A DNA stretch of 64,000 nucleotides, taken from positions 26,191-90,190 of the forward strand of contig CAWFAK010000003.1 in assembly GCA_963813715.1 (NCBI GenBank), written 5' to 3'. A program made the translations under genes and the position numbers. Source of the stretch: an uncultured Planctomycetaceae bacterium. GTDB lineage: Bacteria > Planctomycetota > Planctomycetia > Planctomycetales > Planctomycetaceae. A model generated the notes under the pieces. It was not told the origin of the DNA. It saw only the letters and a list, made by a program, of their open reading frames with translations, and made no database searches. This document shows, piece by piece, positions 10,827 to 20,481 of the stretch (positions within the stretch are counted from its first letter, which is position 1; every line of letters starts with the position of its first letter).

Positions 10827-12119
10827 ATGATGCGCGTCAGAACGTTCTTCAGCAGGGCCCTCGCCCAGGGCTTAATTCTTGCTTGCGCGGCTCTGCCCGC
10901 GGCTGCCACGGAGATCTGCTTTCGACCGAACGCCACCGTGTCCGGCCCCGCCGTCACGCTTAAAGACGTGGCCAGCGTGACCGGAGGCGACGCGGCCACC
11001 ATCGCGCGCCTCGAAGGGATCGTGCTGGCTCCGGCTCCCGCTCCGGGACGCGCGTCGCGGCTTGATTTCGAGTCCATCCACTCGCGTCTCGAGGCCACAG
11101 GGCTGGCGACAGTCGACACGAATTTTTCGGGCTCAACGGTGGTCGTCGTCTCATCGACGCAGCCGGCCGTGCCCGTCCTCAAGAAGCCCACACATAAGTC
11201 GCACAAGAACGTCTCGGCCGCCCAGGTCCGTCGCGCCGAGAAAGTTCTGACTCAGTCAGTCCGCCAGTCCCTGCGAAGCAAGAGCCGCGAGGCATCCAAA
11301 TGGTTTCTCGACGTCGTCGTCGATCCGACCGACGCTCCCATTGTCCTGGCCGGCGCCACCGAGGGGTTCGAGTTCGGCGCGATCGACCCGACGAACGTGA
11401 ATCCTCAAAACGTCGACGTGCGCGGCTTCGATTCGCAGGGGCGTTCGGTCCGTTTTCAAATTCAGTGCGTCGTCTCGGAAAAGCCGCAGGTCCCCGTGTT
11501 GAGCCATTCCATGTCGAGCGGCGAAGTGATTCGCGAGGACGACTTGGGTTGGAAGCAGGTCGACAACACCGAAGGGCTCTTGACCAAGGTCGAAGAAATC
11601 GTCGGCAAGGAGGCCAAGAAGGGCCTGCACGCCGACGATCCGCTGCGTGCCGACGATGTCCGCTCCATTCCGCTCGTCCGGTCCAACGATATTGTGACCG
11701 GGATCTGGCAGAAGGGGGGCATTCGCATCATGGAGCAGTTCAAGGCCAAGTCCGACGGCGGCAAAGGGGATGTGATCACGCTGATTCAGCTCACCGGCCG
11801 CGAGCAGGTGCTTGGCAAAGTGACGGACGTGCACGAGGCGATGATTGTCAGTGCCGATGCGGTCCGCACCTCGAAAACCGAAGTGGCCGACGATGACGAC
11901 GCCCCGGCGGTCCAAGTGCCCGCTCCGGTCCAGGCGGTGGCCCACCGGACTTCGGCTCGAAAGAAGCGAAAGAAGCCGGCGCCGTCGTCCGTCATTAATG
12001 CCGACGGAGTCTTTCCGGCCACCAGTGAGACCGGAGGAGCAAGCGCCCCGGCGACGAGCGCCGCGGAGAACGACGCCAGAACCGTCCGGGGTGAGCCGAA
12101 CGAATTCTCGTCACGTTAA
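10827..12119 (+). CDS. flgA: Flagellar P-ring formation chaperone FlgA
   Basis: Signal peptide, VTLKDVA, SAF-like region, PLVRSNDIVT..AKSDGGKGDVI; position between flgG and flgH. Confidence 0.85.
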   Translation: MMRVRTFFSRALAQGLILACAALPAAATEICFRPNATVSGPAVTLKDVASVTGGDAATIARLEGIVLAPAPAPGRASRLDFESIHSRLEATGLATVDTNFSGSTVVVVSSTQPAVPVLKKPTHKSHKNVSAAQVRRAEKVLTQSVRQSLRSKSREASKWFLDVVVDPTDAPIVLAGATEGFEFGAIDPTNVNPQNVDVRGFDSQGRSVRFQIQCVVSEKPQVPVLSHSMSSGEVIREDDLGWKQVDNTEGLLTKVEEIVGKEAKKGLHADDPLRADDVRSIPLVRSNDIVTGIWQKGGIRIMEQFKAKSDGGKGDVITLIQLTGREQVLGKVTDVHEAMIVSADAVRTSKTEVADDDDAPAVQVPAPVQAVAHRTSARKKRKKPAPSSVINADGVFPATSETGGASAPATSAAENDARTVRGEPNEFSSR

Positions 12120-12166
12120 GCGAGCAAGTTTTTTGAGCAAGTAATTTCGATTTGAGGGGGGATGAG

Positions 12167-12898
12167 ATGAGGTTTTGGATTTTGTCACCCGTCCTTTTGA
12201 TGCTGCTTTGGCAGAGCGCGCCGGCTTCGGACAGGAGCCAGTCGAATTCGCCTTTTCCGCCGCCGGCGGGCGCAATGGGCGGGCCTCCGGGTGCACTGCC
12301 GCCCGTGCCAGAAGGAGGCGGTGATTTCTACTCGCCGCATCCGCCGATGTTGGTGCGCGACTTTGCCTGGTCGTTCGTCGACACGCCCAAGCCGACGGAG
12401 GTGAAAGTCCACGACATCATCACCGTGACGGTCAAGGAAGCGGCCCAAACGCAGGCGACCTCGACCTACAACCGGCAACGCAACGGACAATACACGGCCC
12501 AGCTCGCGCAATTCATCCGGATCAATGCCCAGGGCAACTTGGACACCGCGGCCACACAGTCGCCCGAAATCGACGGCGAGTTGCAAAGCCGATTGCAGTC
12601 GACCGGCCAGGTGACCGAAAACGAATCGATGAAATACCGGATCGCGGCCACGGTCGTGGACATTCTGCCCAACGGCGTGCTGGTTCTCGAAGCCCACAAG
12701 TCGATCGTCGACAACAAAGATCTGTGGGAATACACGTTGACGGGCAAGGTCGATCCGAAGAAAGTGTCGCCCGACGGGTCGGTGCTGAGCGAAAACATCG
12801 CCGACTTGAGCATCGCCAAGCATCAGCAAGGCAAGCTCCACGACTCGACCCAACGGGCCTGGTTCATCCGCCTGTATGACTGGATCGGACCGTTCTAA
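12167..12898 (+). CDS. flgH: Flagellar L-ring protein FlgH
   Basis: KVHDIITVTVKE, IAATVVDILPNGVLVLEA, VLSENIADLSI, C-terminal W..PF. Confidence 0.9.
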   Translation: MRFWILSPVLLMLLWQSAPASDRSQSNSPFPPPAGAMGGPPGALPPVPEGGGDFYSPHPPMLVRDFAWSFVDTPKPTEVKVHDIITVTVKEAAQTQATSTYNRQRNGQYTAQLAQFIRINAQGNLDTAATQSPEIDGELQSRLQSTGQVTENESMKYRIAATVVDILPNGVLVLEAHKSIVDNKDLWEYTLTGKVDPKKVSPDGSVLSENIADLSIAKHQQGKLHDSTQRAWFIRLYDWIGPF

Positions 12899-13338
12899 TG
12901 CCGGGTAGTCGCCCGAAGATTTACGCCTTCACACTGCTTGCGGCCGCCACCTGGGCGGTGGCCAGCGTTGCCGGGGCCGCGGAACCGAAAGCGGCCGAGG
13001 TCGAGATCCCCAACGGCGTGACGGTCGTGTTGCACCTCGTCAACCAGCCGCGTGACATAATCGTGCCGGCTGACGTCATCGGCGTGCAGCCGGGTGGTGT
13101 GCTCGTGCTTAAGGCCCACGATTGGGCCGTCGATGAGGCCGGCCTCTATGAATACACATTCACGGGCACAGTGCCCGTGAAAAATCTCACGCCAGATGCC
13201 TTCGTCTCTTCTGAGAAAATTGCTGATCTTTCCTTCGGCAAGCACTACCCCGCCGAGCCGCGCCATCCACGCCAACCTCCTGGTTGTTTGACTTCTGTTC
13301 GTGGATTCGCTCGCACTGACTTGGGATCCCTCCCATGA
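12898..13338 (+). CDS. Short FlgH paralogue ('mini-FlgH') with its own signal peptide
   Basis: VIGVQPGGVLVLKAH...LYEYTFTGTV...VSSEKIADLSFGKH aligns by eye with FlgH VVDILPNGVLVLEAH...LWEYTLTGKV...LSENIADLSIAKH; start and stop overlap those of flgH and flgI. Confidence 0.7.
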   Translation: MPGSRPKIYAFTLLAAATWAVASVAGAAEPKAAEVEIPNGVTVVLHLVNQPRDIIVPADVIGVQPGGVLVLKAHDWAVDEAGLYEYTFTGTVPVKNLTPDAFVSSEKIADLSFGKHYPAEPRHPRQPPGCLTSVRGFARTDLGSLP

Positions 13339-14426
13339 CGCAACATTCCCGTTTGACACAACACGCACGCCAACTTGTCGCGATCCTCACTGGGATCGTT
13401 TGCGTGACGCTTTGGGCGCCGAGACCGGCCCCCGCACGAACGCAGCTGCGAAATATCTGCACGATCTACGGACAGAAGGAAACTCCGGTGATCGGGTTGG
13501 GGCTGGTCGTCGGTCTTAGCCACACGGGCGACGGCGGCAAGAACGCCGCGGCCATGCGGGCGCTCGCCTCGACCCTGCGGTATCTCAACAATCCGATCGA
13601 GAGCGGCAAAGAGCTGACCGACGCGGCCAACGTGGCGATGGTGGCGATCTCCGCGACAATTCCCAAGGAAGGGGCCAGCAACGGCCAGCGAGTGGATTGC
13701 TACGTCACCTCGACCTTCGGGGCCAAGAGCCTGAAAGGTGGCCGCCTGCTGATTTCGCCTATTCGCATGCCCAACGTCAACGACCTCACGGTCGTGGGAC
13801 TGGCATCGGGGCCCATCGTGATCGAAGACGCCGAAGTGTTGACGTCCGGCCGCGTCCCCAACGGGATCGTGCTCGAACGGGATTTCCGCACTCAGTTCAT
13901 CGACATGAAGCACGGCAACAAGGTGACGCTGGTGATCGATGCCCCCCACGCGACGTTCGGCGTGGCCAGTCACATTGTGGAACGGATCAACACCGAACTT
14001 TATCCGGTGTTGCACCTCAAGCCGGCGAGCGCCCTGGGGCCCGATCGCATTGAAGTTGCCGTCCCCGACCTCTATCGCGACGACCCCGTCGGTTTCATTG
14101 CCTGGCTGCTTGATATCGACGTGATGACGCCGCAGACCGAGGCCCGGGTCTGGGTCAACACGAAGTCAAAGACGGTGCTCATTCACGGCGACGTGCAGAT
14201 CAGCCCCGTGGTGATCTCGCACAAGAACCTCAAGGTGGAAGTTGCCGGCTCGCCTTCCGATCCGGCGCCCTTTGCTCCCTTGGGCTCCGGCCAGGAAAAC
14301 CAGCAGCAGCTCGATGACCTCTTGAAGGGGCTGCAAGCGCTCAAAGTGTCGAACGAAGACGTGATCGCCATCGTTCGCGAGTTGTATCGTTCCGGAAACC
14401 TCCACGGCGTTTACGAGGAAAAGTAG
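13335..14426 (+). CDS. flgI: Flagellar P-ring protein FlgI
   Basis: GLGLVVGLSHTGDG, NVAMV, AKSLKGGRLL, ARVWVN. Confidence 0.93.
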   Translation: MTQHSRLTQHARQLVAILTGIVCVTLWAPRPAPARTQLRNICTIYGQKETPVIGLGLVVGLSHTGDGGKNAAAMRALASTLRYLNNPIESGKELTDAANVAMVAISATIPKEGASNGQRVDCYVTSTFGAKSLKGGRLLISPIRMPNVNDLTVVGLASGPIVIEDAEVLTSGRVPNGIVLERDFRTQFIDMKHGNKVTLVIDAPHATFGVASHIVERINTELYPVLHLKPASALGPDRIEVAVPDLYRDDPVGFIAWLLDIDVMTPQTEARVWVNTKSKTVLIHGDVQISPVVISHKNLKVEVAGSPSDPAPFAPLGSGQENQQQLDDLLKGLQALKVSNEDVIAIVRELYRSGNLHGVYEEK

Positions 14427-14513
14427 TTCCTCGCCCGTCTGCCTCGCGCGACCGCATCTCTGCCTTCTCTCTGCCCACCGCCCACCGCGCCCCCTTCCTC
14501 AAGGGAACATCCC

Positions 14514-14852
14514 ATGCCCGCGATCGCCTCCCTGCGAACTTCGGCCGCTCAAAGCCAGGATTCGACCAATCGTACGGCCAACACTGCCAGTCACTTGTCC
14601 GGTAACACGCAGGGCGGCAAATCCGACTTGCAGACGAACTTTCAGGACTTCGTCGCGGGCACGTTTTACAAGGAAATGCTCAAGTCGCTGAACAAGATGC
14701 ACGGGAAGCCCGCCTATTTCGACGGCGGACAAGCCGAGAAGATGTTCCAGGGACAGCTCGACCAACAAATGGCCGAGAACCTGGCCCGCAGCCACGGCGG
14801 TCAGTTCTCCGACGGGCTGTATCAGGCCTTCCTGCACCACCAGCACGCCTAG
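14514..14852 (+). CDS. Rod-binding (FlgJ N-terminal-only) protein
   Basis: FQDFVAGTFYKEMLKSL...GGQAEKMFQGQLDQQMAE; no muramidase domain. Confidence 0.8.
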   Translation: MPAIASLRTSAAQSQDSTNRTANTASHLSGNTQGGKSDLQTNFQDFVAGTFYKEMLKSLNKMHGKPAYFDGGQAEKMFQGQLDQQMAENLARSHGGQFSDGLYQAFLHHQHA

Positions 14853-15278
14853 CGCGTGCGGTTAGCCGGCTGACTTCGCTCCCGACTACACCTGCGGCTT
14901 CGCTCACTGCTTCACGCTGCGCTCTACTGCCGCGAATCGCGACGGCTGCGAATTTCAGTATCGCTCGCGCTGAGCGATCGTGTGCCGTGGTGACTTTGCG
15001 AAACCTTGCCACCGCGGTCTGAGCATGCGGCGCGGAGTGGGGGTTGCACGGTAACCTCTGCGGCCCTTCCGAAAAAATAGACCGGAAGAGCGAGCATCGA
15101 TTTTACCGATTAAAAGGAGAGGGACCGTTCCCGCAAGGAATCCGGTCCGGCTCCGCTTCGTCTCGGACGAGCAGAGGCAGGCTGCCAGCCTGCACGTCGT
15201 CCCGGAACGCGGCGCTCGCCCCGAGGCGTGCGATTGGACGGGAGCGAGCGGTCGAGAGCAGGGGTAGGGGGGCAACAG

Positions 15279-15773
15279 ATGGCCGATTTGGCGCGCGATA
15301 TTGAAGCGCTCCTCGACGCGATCGAGGAGACGCAGTCCGCTCTCGGCGTGACGTACCGCGACAAGCGCGCGGCGATCCGCGAGGCCAACGCTCCTGAGAT
15401 CGAGCGGCTGACCAAAGTCGAGGAGCGTCTGGTCGTCGATCTGCAGGTGCATCTGCGAGTTCGTGAACAGATTCTGCAGTATGCCCGCCAACGCGGACTG
15501 CCTTCCGATTCCTTGGGCAGCGTCGTTCGCACGTTTGACGAGCCGATCCAGGAACAGCTCCTGGCGCAGCTGGAGCGAACGCGAGAAATGGCCGACGCCA
15601 ATCGCCGCGAAAGTTGGATTCTCTGGATCGTGTGCAAGCAGTCGTTGCGATTTTTATCGGAAATGATCGAGTTGATCGCTACGGGGGGCCGCCGCAACCC
15701 GATTTATCTGGCGCGTTCGGGCGGGGGCATGGAGCTGTCGACAGGGGGGGCCCTGTTGGATGCCAAGGCCTGA
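15279..15773 (+). CDS. flgN: Flagellar export chaperone FlgN
   Basis: Helical ~165 aa protein ending GGALLDAKA, directly upstream of flgK. Confidence 0.75.
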   Translation: MADLARDIEALLDAIEETQSALGVTYRDKRAAIREANAPEIERLTKVEERLVVDLQVHLRVREQILQYARQRGLPSDSLGSVVRTFDEPIQEQLLAQLERTREMADANRRESWILWIVCKQSLRFLSEMIELIATGGRRNPIYLARSGGGMELSTGGALLDAKA

Positions 15774-15838
15774 GTTCCCGCGCGCGACCGACGTGCGCGC
15801 GGGAAGGCGGCGAGGGCAGAAAATAGGAACGCGAGCGT

Positions 15839-17542
15839 ATGGGACTGGGTGCGGCTCTCAATATCGCCGGTAACGCGCTCAACGTGTTCTCGACCGGGGT
15901 GCAGGTCACCGGTCAGAACCTGGCGAACTCCACCACGCCCGGATATATCGTCGAAAATCTCAACCTGCAGACGGCCCCCAGCTACGGCGTCAGTCCGCTG
16001 GTCCTTGGGTCGGGCGTACAAGCGGCCGGCGTCACGCAGCAGGTGAACCAGTATCTGCAGCAGCAGATTCTGGGCGCCAACTCCGACTACAGTTCTTCGA
16101 ACCAGCTCAACTCGGTCTATACGGCGCTGCAGCAGCAGTTGCAGGCGCTGGGGGACAACAACCTGGCGACGCAGTTCAGCAATTTCTCGAGCGCCCTGAG
16201 CAGCCTGGCTAACCAGCCCAGTTCCGCTTCGTTGAATGCCCAGGCCGTTGAAGCCGGGACCGAGCTGGCCAGCTCGATCACGTCGCTCAACGGGTCGGTG
16301 AATACGGAGCGCTCCAACGACAACACACAAGTGCAGCAGCTCGTGAGCCAGGCCAATACGCTGATCCAAAACATCGCCTCGCTCAACCCGCAGATTACGA
16401 GCCTTGAATCGGGCGGGTTGTCGCAGAGCCAGGCCGGCTCGCTCCGCGATCAGCGCTATCAGGACCTGAACCAGCTTTCGCAGATCATCCCCGTCACTTA
16501 CACAGAAAACAGCGACGGCAGCATCAACGTATATAGCGGGGGCAACTATCTGGTGCTGGGCAATCAGTCGCAGCAGCTGCAGACGATCAACTCAAGCAGC
16601 GGCGGCATCGCCACGCTCAACGTACAGATTGGTCCGACGGGGCAGACAATCACGGCCAACACGCCGAGCACGGGAGAGCTGTCGGCCGTGTTGCAGGGGC
16701 GCGACAACGTGCTGGGGGGATTCGTGCAGAACCTCAACACGCTGACGTCGAACATGATTTCGGAGTTCAACCAGGTCTACGCGTCGGGGCAGGGGACCGA
16801 TGGCTACACGTCGATCACGGCCGCGAACTCCGTCAGCGACCCGACGGCCGCTCTCAATCAAGCCGGTTCTGCCTTCACGCCGCAAAACGGCTCATTCGAG
16901 GTCCAGGTCACCAACCAGAACACGGGGCTGACCACCACGTCGACGATCAACGTCAACCTGACGGGGTCAAGTAGCGACACGACGCTCGACAGCCTGGCGA
17001 CCGAGCTCAACGGTGTGGCGAACGTGTCGGCCAGCATCTCGCCCGACGGCTATCTCGAGATTGATGCGGATCCCAACTACCAGATCCAGTTCTCCAACGA
17101 CACGAGCAACGCGCTGTCGTCGTTGGGGGTCAACACGTTCTTTACCGGCTCCGATTCGTCGAACATCGGCGTTAACTCGGTGGTCGCCGCGAACCCGAAC
17201 ACATTCGCGTCGGGGCAGGGGGGCGGTTCATCCGACGGCAGCAATGCCCTGGCCCTCTCCCAGTTTGCCAGCAATCCGCTGGCTGGCCTCGACGGCGAGA
17301 GCCTGACGACCAATTACAACGCCCTGGTGACCGGCGTCGCGAACAATGCCTCGGCGGAGACGACTCTCTCGACGAGCCAGAACGATTTTCTGCAGTCGCT
17401 CACCTCGCAACAGCAGCAATACTCGGGCGTCAGCCTCGATCAGCAAGCGATCCAACTGATGCAATATCAGGAGGATTACCAGGCGTCGGCCAAGGTGGTG
17501 ACGACGATCGACAATCTCTATCAGGTGTTGATGCAAATGTAG
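15839..17542 (+). CDS. flgK: Flagellar hook-associated protein FlgK
   Basis: VTGQNLANSTTPGY, LRDQR, C-terminal SGVSLDQQAIQLMQYQEDYQASAKVV. Confidence 0.92.
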   Translation: MGLGAALNIAGNALNVFSTGVQVTGQNLANSTTPGYIVENLNLQTAPSYGVSPLVLGSGVQAAGVTQQVNQYLQQQILGANSDYSSSNQLNSVYTALQQQLQALGDNNLATQFSNFSSALSSLANQPSSASLNAQAVEAGTELASSITSLNGSVNTERSNDNTQVQQLVSQANTLIQNIASLNPQITSLESGGLSQSQAGSLRDQRYQDLNQLSQIIPVTYTENSDGSINVYSGGNYLVLGNQSQQLQTINSSSGGIATLNVQIGPTGQTITANTPSTGELSAVLQGRDNVLGGFVQNLNTLTSNMISEFNQVYASGQGTDGYTSITAANSVSDPTAALNQAGSAFTPQNGSFEVQVTNQNTGLTTTSTINVNLTGSSSDTTLDSLATELNGVANVSASISPDGYLEIDADPNYQIQFSNDTSNALSSLGVNTFFTGSDSSNIGVNSVVAANPNTFASGQGGGSSDGSNALALSQFASNPLAGLDGESLTTNYNALVTGVANNASAETTLSTSQNDFLQSLTSQQQQYSGVSLDQQAIQLMQYQEDYQASAKVVTTIDNLYQVLMQM

Positions 17543-17591
17543 AGCGGCCCGTGACGCCGGCGGGAGACCGGCCGTTGAAGGAAGAAGTGCC

Positions 17592-19541
17592 ATGTCAGTT
17601 GTCGGCGTCGGAATGGGATCGATCCCGAACAGCCTGATCGCGTCCCAAAATACCACCAACATCAACACGCTGATGCAGTCGTTGCAGCAGCTCGACCAGG
17701 AGGTCTCCACCGGCCTGGCTTTCACGATGCCCGGGCAAAATCCGACGGCCACCGCGGCGATCCTGCCGCTGCAGCAAAACATTTCCCAGCAGACGACCTA
17801 CCAGAACAGCCTGACGACGGACCTCGGGTTCCTCAACACGACCGATACGTCGCTGCAAACCGTCTCCACGTCGCTCGACCAGGCAAATTCGCTGTTGTTG
17901 GGCGGGATTGGCTCGACCGCCACCCCCGCGGAAAACCAGGCCGCGGCCACGCAGGTCGGCTCGATCATCAGCGGACTGGTGAACGTCGCCAATTCGACCT
18001 TCGAGGGGCAGTATCTCTTCGGCGGCAGCGAATCGAAGCAGCCCCCCTTTCAAGTCACCTCGAGCGGGGCCATTCTCTACACCGGCAACCAGGCTTCGAT
18101 CAATTCGCAGGTCGGCTCGGGCCTGGTTGTGGCCAACAACATCAGCGGCGTGACCGCCTTCGGCGCCATTTCCACGCCGGTCGGCTCGGATCTCAACCCG
18201 GCGGTGACCTCGCAGACGAACCTATCGGACCTCAACAACGGCCGCGGCGTGCCCGCCGGCTCGATCCAGGTGACACTCACTCCCACCAGCGGACCGGCGA
18301 CCACGGAGACGATTAACCTGTCGCAGGCCAAGTCGGTGGGCGACGTGCAGCAGGCGATTCAAAACGCCTTTCCGGCTGGAGCCGTGACGGTCGGCATCTC
18401 CGCGAGTCCGCCCGCCGATTCGCTCACCATCACTCCGGCCTCGGGAACGGTCGCGGTCAGCGATGTCAACGGTGGGTCGACGGCCCAGTCGCTCGGCATC
18501 GCGGGCGCGGCAGCGCCTTCGATCTCCGGCGGCGACCTCAACCCTACGCTCACGCTTTTGACCCCCGTCTCGGCGCTCAACGGCGGGGCCGGCGTCGACA
18601 CCACTCACGGCCTGACCATCACGGACGGCACCGACCAGCAGACCGTAAGCATCGCCGGCGACACGACCGTTCAGGGCGTGCTCAACTCGTTGCAATCCGC
18701 CGATCCCAATTTGATGGTCGGCATCAACGCGGCGGGGAACGGGCTGGCCATCTCCACGCGATTGAGCGGCGTTAATTTCTCGATCGGCGAGAATGGCGGC
18801 ACCACGGCCACCGACCTGGGCATTCGCACGATGACCGGGTCGACGTTGCTGAGTAGCTTGAACAGTGGGCAGGGCGTGCCGGTCACGGCCACCGACAGCA
18901 GCGGCAACCTGGAGCCGGCGGATCTGGACATCACGCTTCGCAGCGGCTCAACGGTCGACGTCAATCTGGCCGGCGCCACGACCGTGCAGGACGTGCTGAA
19001 CGATATCAACGCCGTCGATCCGGGAACGCTCGTCGCGAGCCTCAACTCGGTTGGCAACGGTATCTCGATCGTCGACAACGACGGCAGCAGCACCGGACCG
19101 CTTACCGTGGCCAGCAACAACGTGGCAACGGCCCTGGGGCTGGCGGGCACGCAGTCGAGCACGGATCCGACACAGCCCCTCGTGGGAACGGACGTCAATC
19201 CCCAACAGGCCAACGGCGTCTTCAATCTGTTGTTGAACCTGCAATCAGCCCTGCAGACCAACAACAACACGGAATTGACTAACCTGCAGCCGCTGATACA
19301 GCAAGAGCTGACCCGCGTCAGCACGGTGCAGGGGAGCGTCGGTTCGCAGCAGCAGTTGTTGACGCAGGTCCAGTCACAGGCCACGTCGAACCAAACTAGC
19401 CTGCAATCGGCCCTCTCCAACGTGCAGGACGTGAATCTGGCGTCTGCCATCACACAGTTGACGCAAATTCAAACCTCATTGCAGGCGACGCTCCAAACGG
19501 CCGCCAGCTCTATGCAGCTCAGCATCTTCAGCTATCTGTAA
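17592..19541 (+). CDS. flgL: Flagellar hook-associated protein FlgL, with three internal repeats
   Basis: Flagellin-like termini (VSTG, GQYLFGG, QDVNLASAITQL...SIFSYL); follows flgK; repeats of T.LS.LN.G.GV. Confidence 0.88.
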   Translation: MSVVGVGMGSIPNSLIASQNTTNINTLMQSLQQLDQEVSTGLAFTMPGQNPTATAAILPLQQNISQQTTYQNSLTTDLGFLNTTDTSLQTVSTSLDQANSLLLGGIGSTATPAENQAAATQVGSIISGLVNVANSTFEGQYLFGGSESKQPPFQVTSSGAILYTGNQASINSQVGSGLVVANNISGVTAFGAISTPVGSDLNPAVTSQTNLSDLNNGRGVPAGSIQVTLTPTSGPATTETINLSQAKSVGDVQQAIQNAFPAGAVTVGISASPPADSLTITPASGTVAVSDVNGGSTAQSLGIAGAAAPSISGGDLNPTLTLLTPVSALNGGAGVDTTHGLTITDGTDQQTVSIAGDTTVQGVLNSLQSADPNLMVGINAAGNGLAISTRLSGVNFSIGENGGTTATDLGIRTMTGSTLLSSLNSGQGVPVTATDSSGNLEPADLDITLRSGSTVDVNLAGATTVQDVLNDINAVDPGTLVASLNSVGNGISIVDNDGSSTGPLTVASNNVATALGLAGTQSSTDPTQPLVGTDVNPQQANGVFNLLLNLQSALQTNNNTELTNLQPLIQQELTRVSTVQGSVGSQQQLLTQVQSQATSNQTSLQSALSNVQDVNLASAITQLTQIQTSLQATLQTAASSMQLSIFSYL

Positions 19542-19724
19542 CCGCGGACAGCGGGCAACAGGTCGGACCCAGCCGATGCCTCTGCCGTGGCGAAGGCACG
19601 TCTAACCCGCTTGTCTTTAAGCAGTTGGGTGCATTTTGGCCGGCCTGATGGCTCCTCGGCTGCGGCCTCAATCGTCGTCGACGACGGTCAGCGGCCGGCC
19701 GGGCAACTTTCTCGTCGCTTACCG

Positions 19725-19753
19725 TTGAAGGCCTGCCGCAAAGTCATTATCCT
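19725..19753 (+). promoter_or_regulatory. Sigma70-type promoter candidate for rplM-rpsI
   Basis: TTGAAG-N17-TATCCT. Confidence 0.5.
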
Positions 19754-19896
19754 CTTCGTTTTCCGCTGTCGGCCGGACTCGGGCAGGAGGCCGCGGCGAT
19801 TTGACCGTGGGGTGACTGCCAAAAGTCCCCGCGCGGTCGACTCAAAGCGGGTGCGCGCAGCACCGCAAATCGTCTGGGAAGGTATCAGGTTTAACA

Positions 19897-20400
19897 ATGT
19901 CCGTGCACATTCGTTCCAATCGTGGTCGCACGACGCTCCTGCGGAAGGAAGATGCCGACCCGCAGTGGTTCATCGTGGACGCCGATTCGCAGATCGTCGG
20001 CCGCCTGGCGGCAAGCCTGGCCACGGTCCTGATGGGCAAGCACAAGCCCACGTATACGCCTCACGTCGATTCGGGCGACTTCGTGATCGTGCTCAACGCC
20101 AAAAAAATTCGCTTCAGCGGCAAGTCGCTGGCGCATCCCGAACACCAGAAGTTCACCGTCAAATTCGCCAAAAAGGTCTACGAGCGCTACACCGGTTACC
20201 CGGGCGGTCGCCGCTTCACCTCCGGCACGCAAATGCTGGCTCAACATCCCGAGCGGATCATCACCGAGGCCGTGCGGCGAATGCTGCCCAAGAACAAGCT
20301 CGGGCACAACATGCTCAAAAAGCTCAAGGTGTACGCTGGGGCCGAGCATCCGCATCAGTCGCAACAGCCGCAACAGTTTCCCGAACACCTGATGCCTTGA
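19897..20400 (+). CDS. rplM: 50S ribosomal protein L13
   Basis: WFIVDA...GRLAA...LMGKHKPTYTPHVDSGDFVIVLNA, AVRRMLPKNKLG, LKVYAGAEHPH. Confidence 0.98.
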   Translation: MSVHIRSNRGRTTLLRKEDADPQWFIVDADSQIVGRLAASLATVLMGKHKPTYTPHVDSGDFVIVLNAKKIRFSGKSLAHPEHQKFTVKFAKKVYERYTGYPGGRRFTSGTQMLAQHPERIITEAVRRMLPKNKLGHNMLKKLKVYAGAEHPHQSQQPQQFPEHLMP

Positions 20401-20481
20401 GGCTTCGCTGACATAGACGAGGGCGCCGCAGCCAATCTGCTGACACAAGCTCTTTATTAGAAAACTTAGACGAGACGATTC

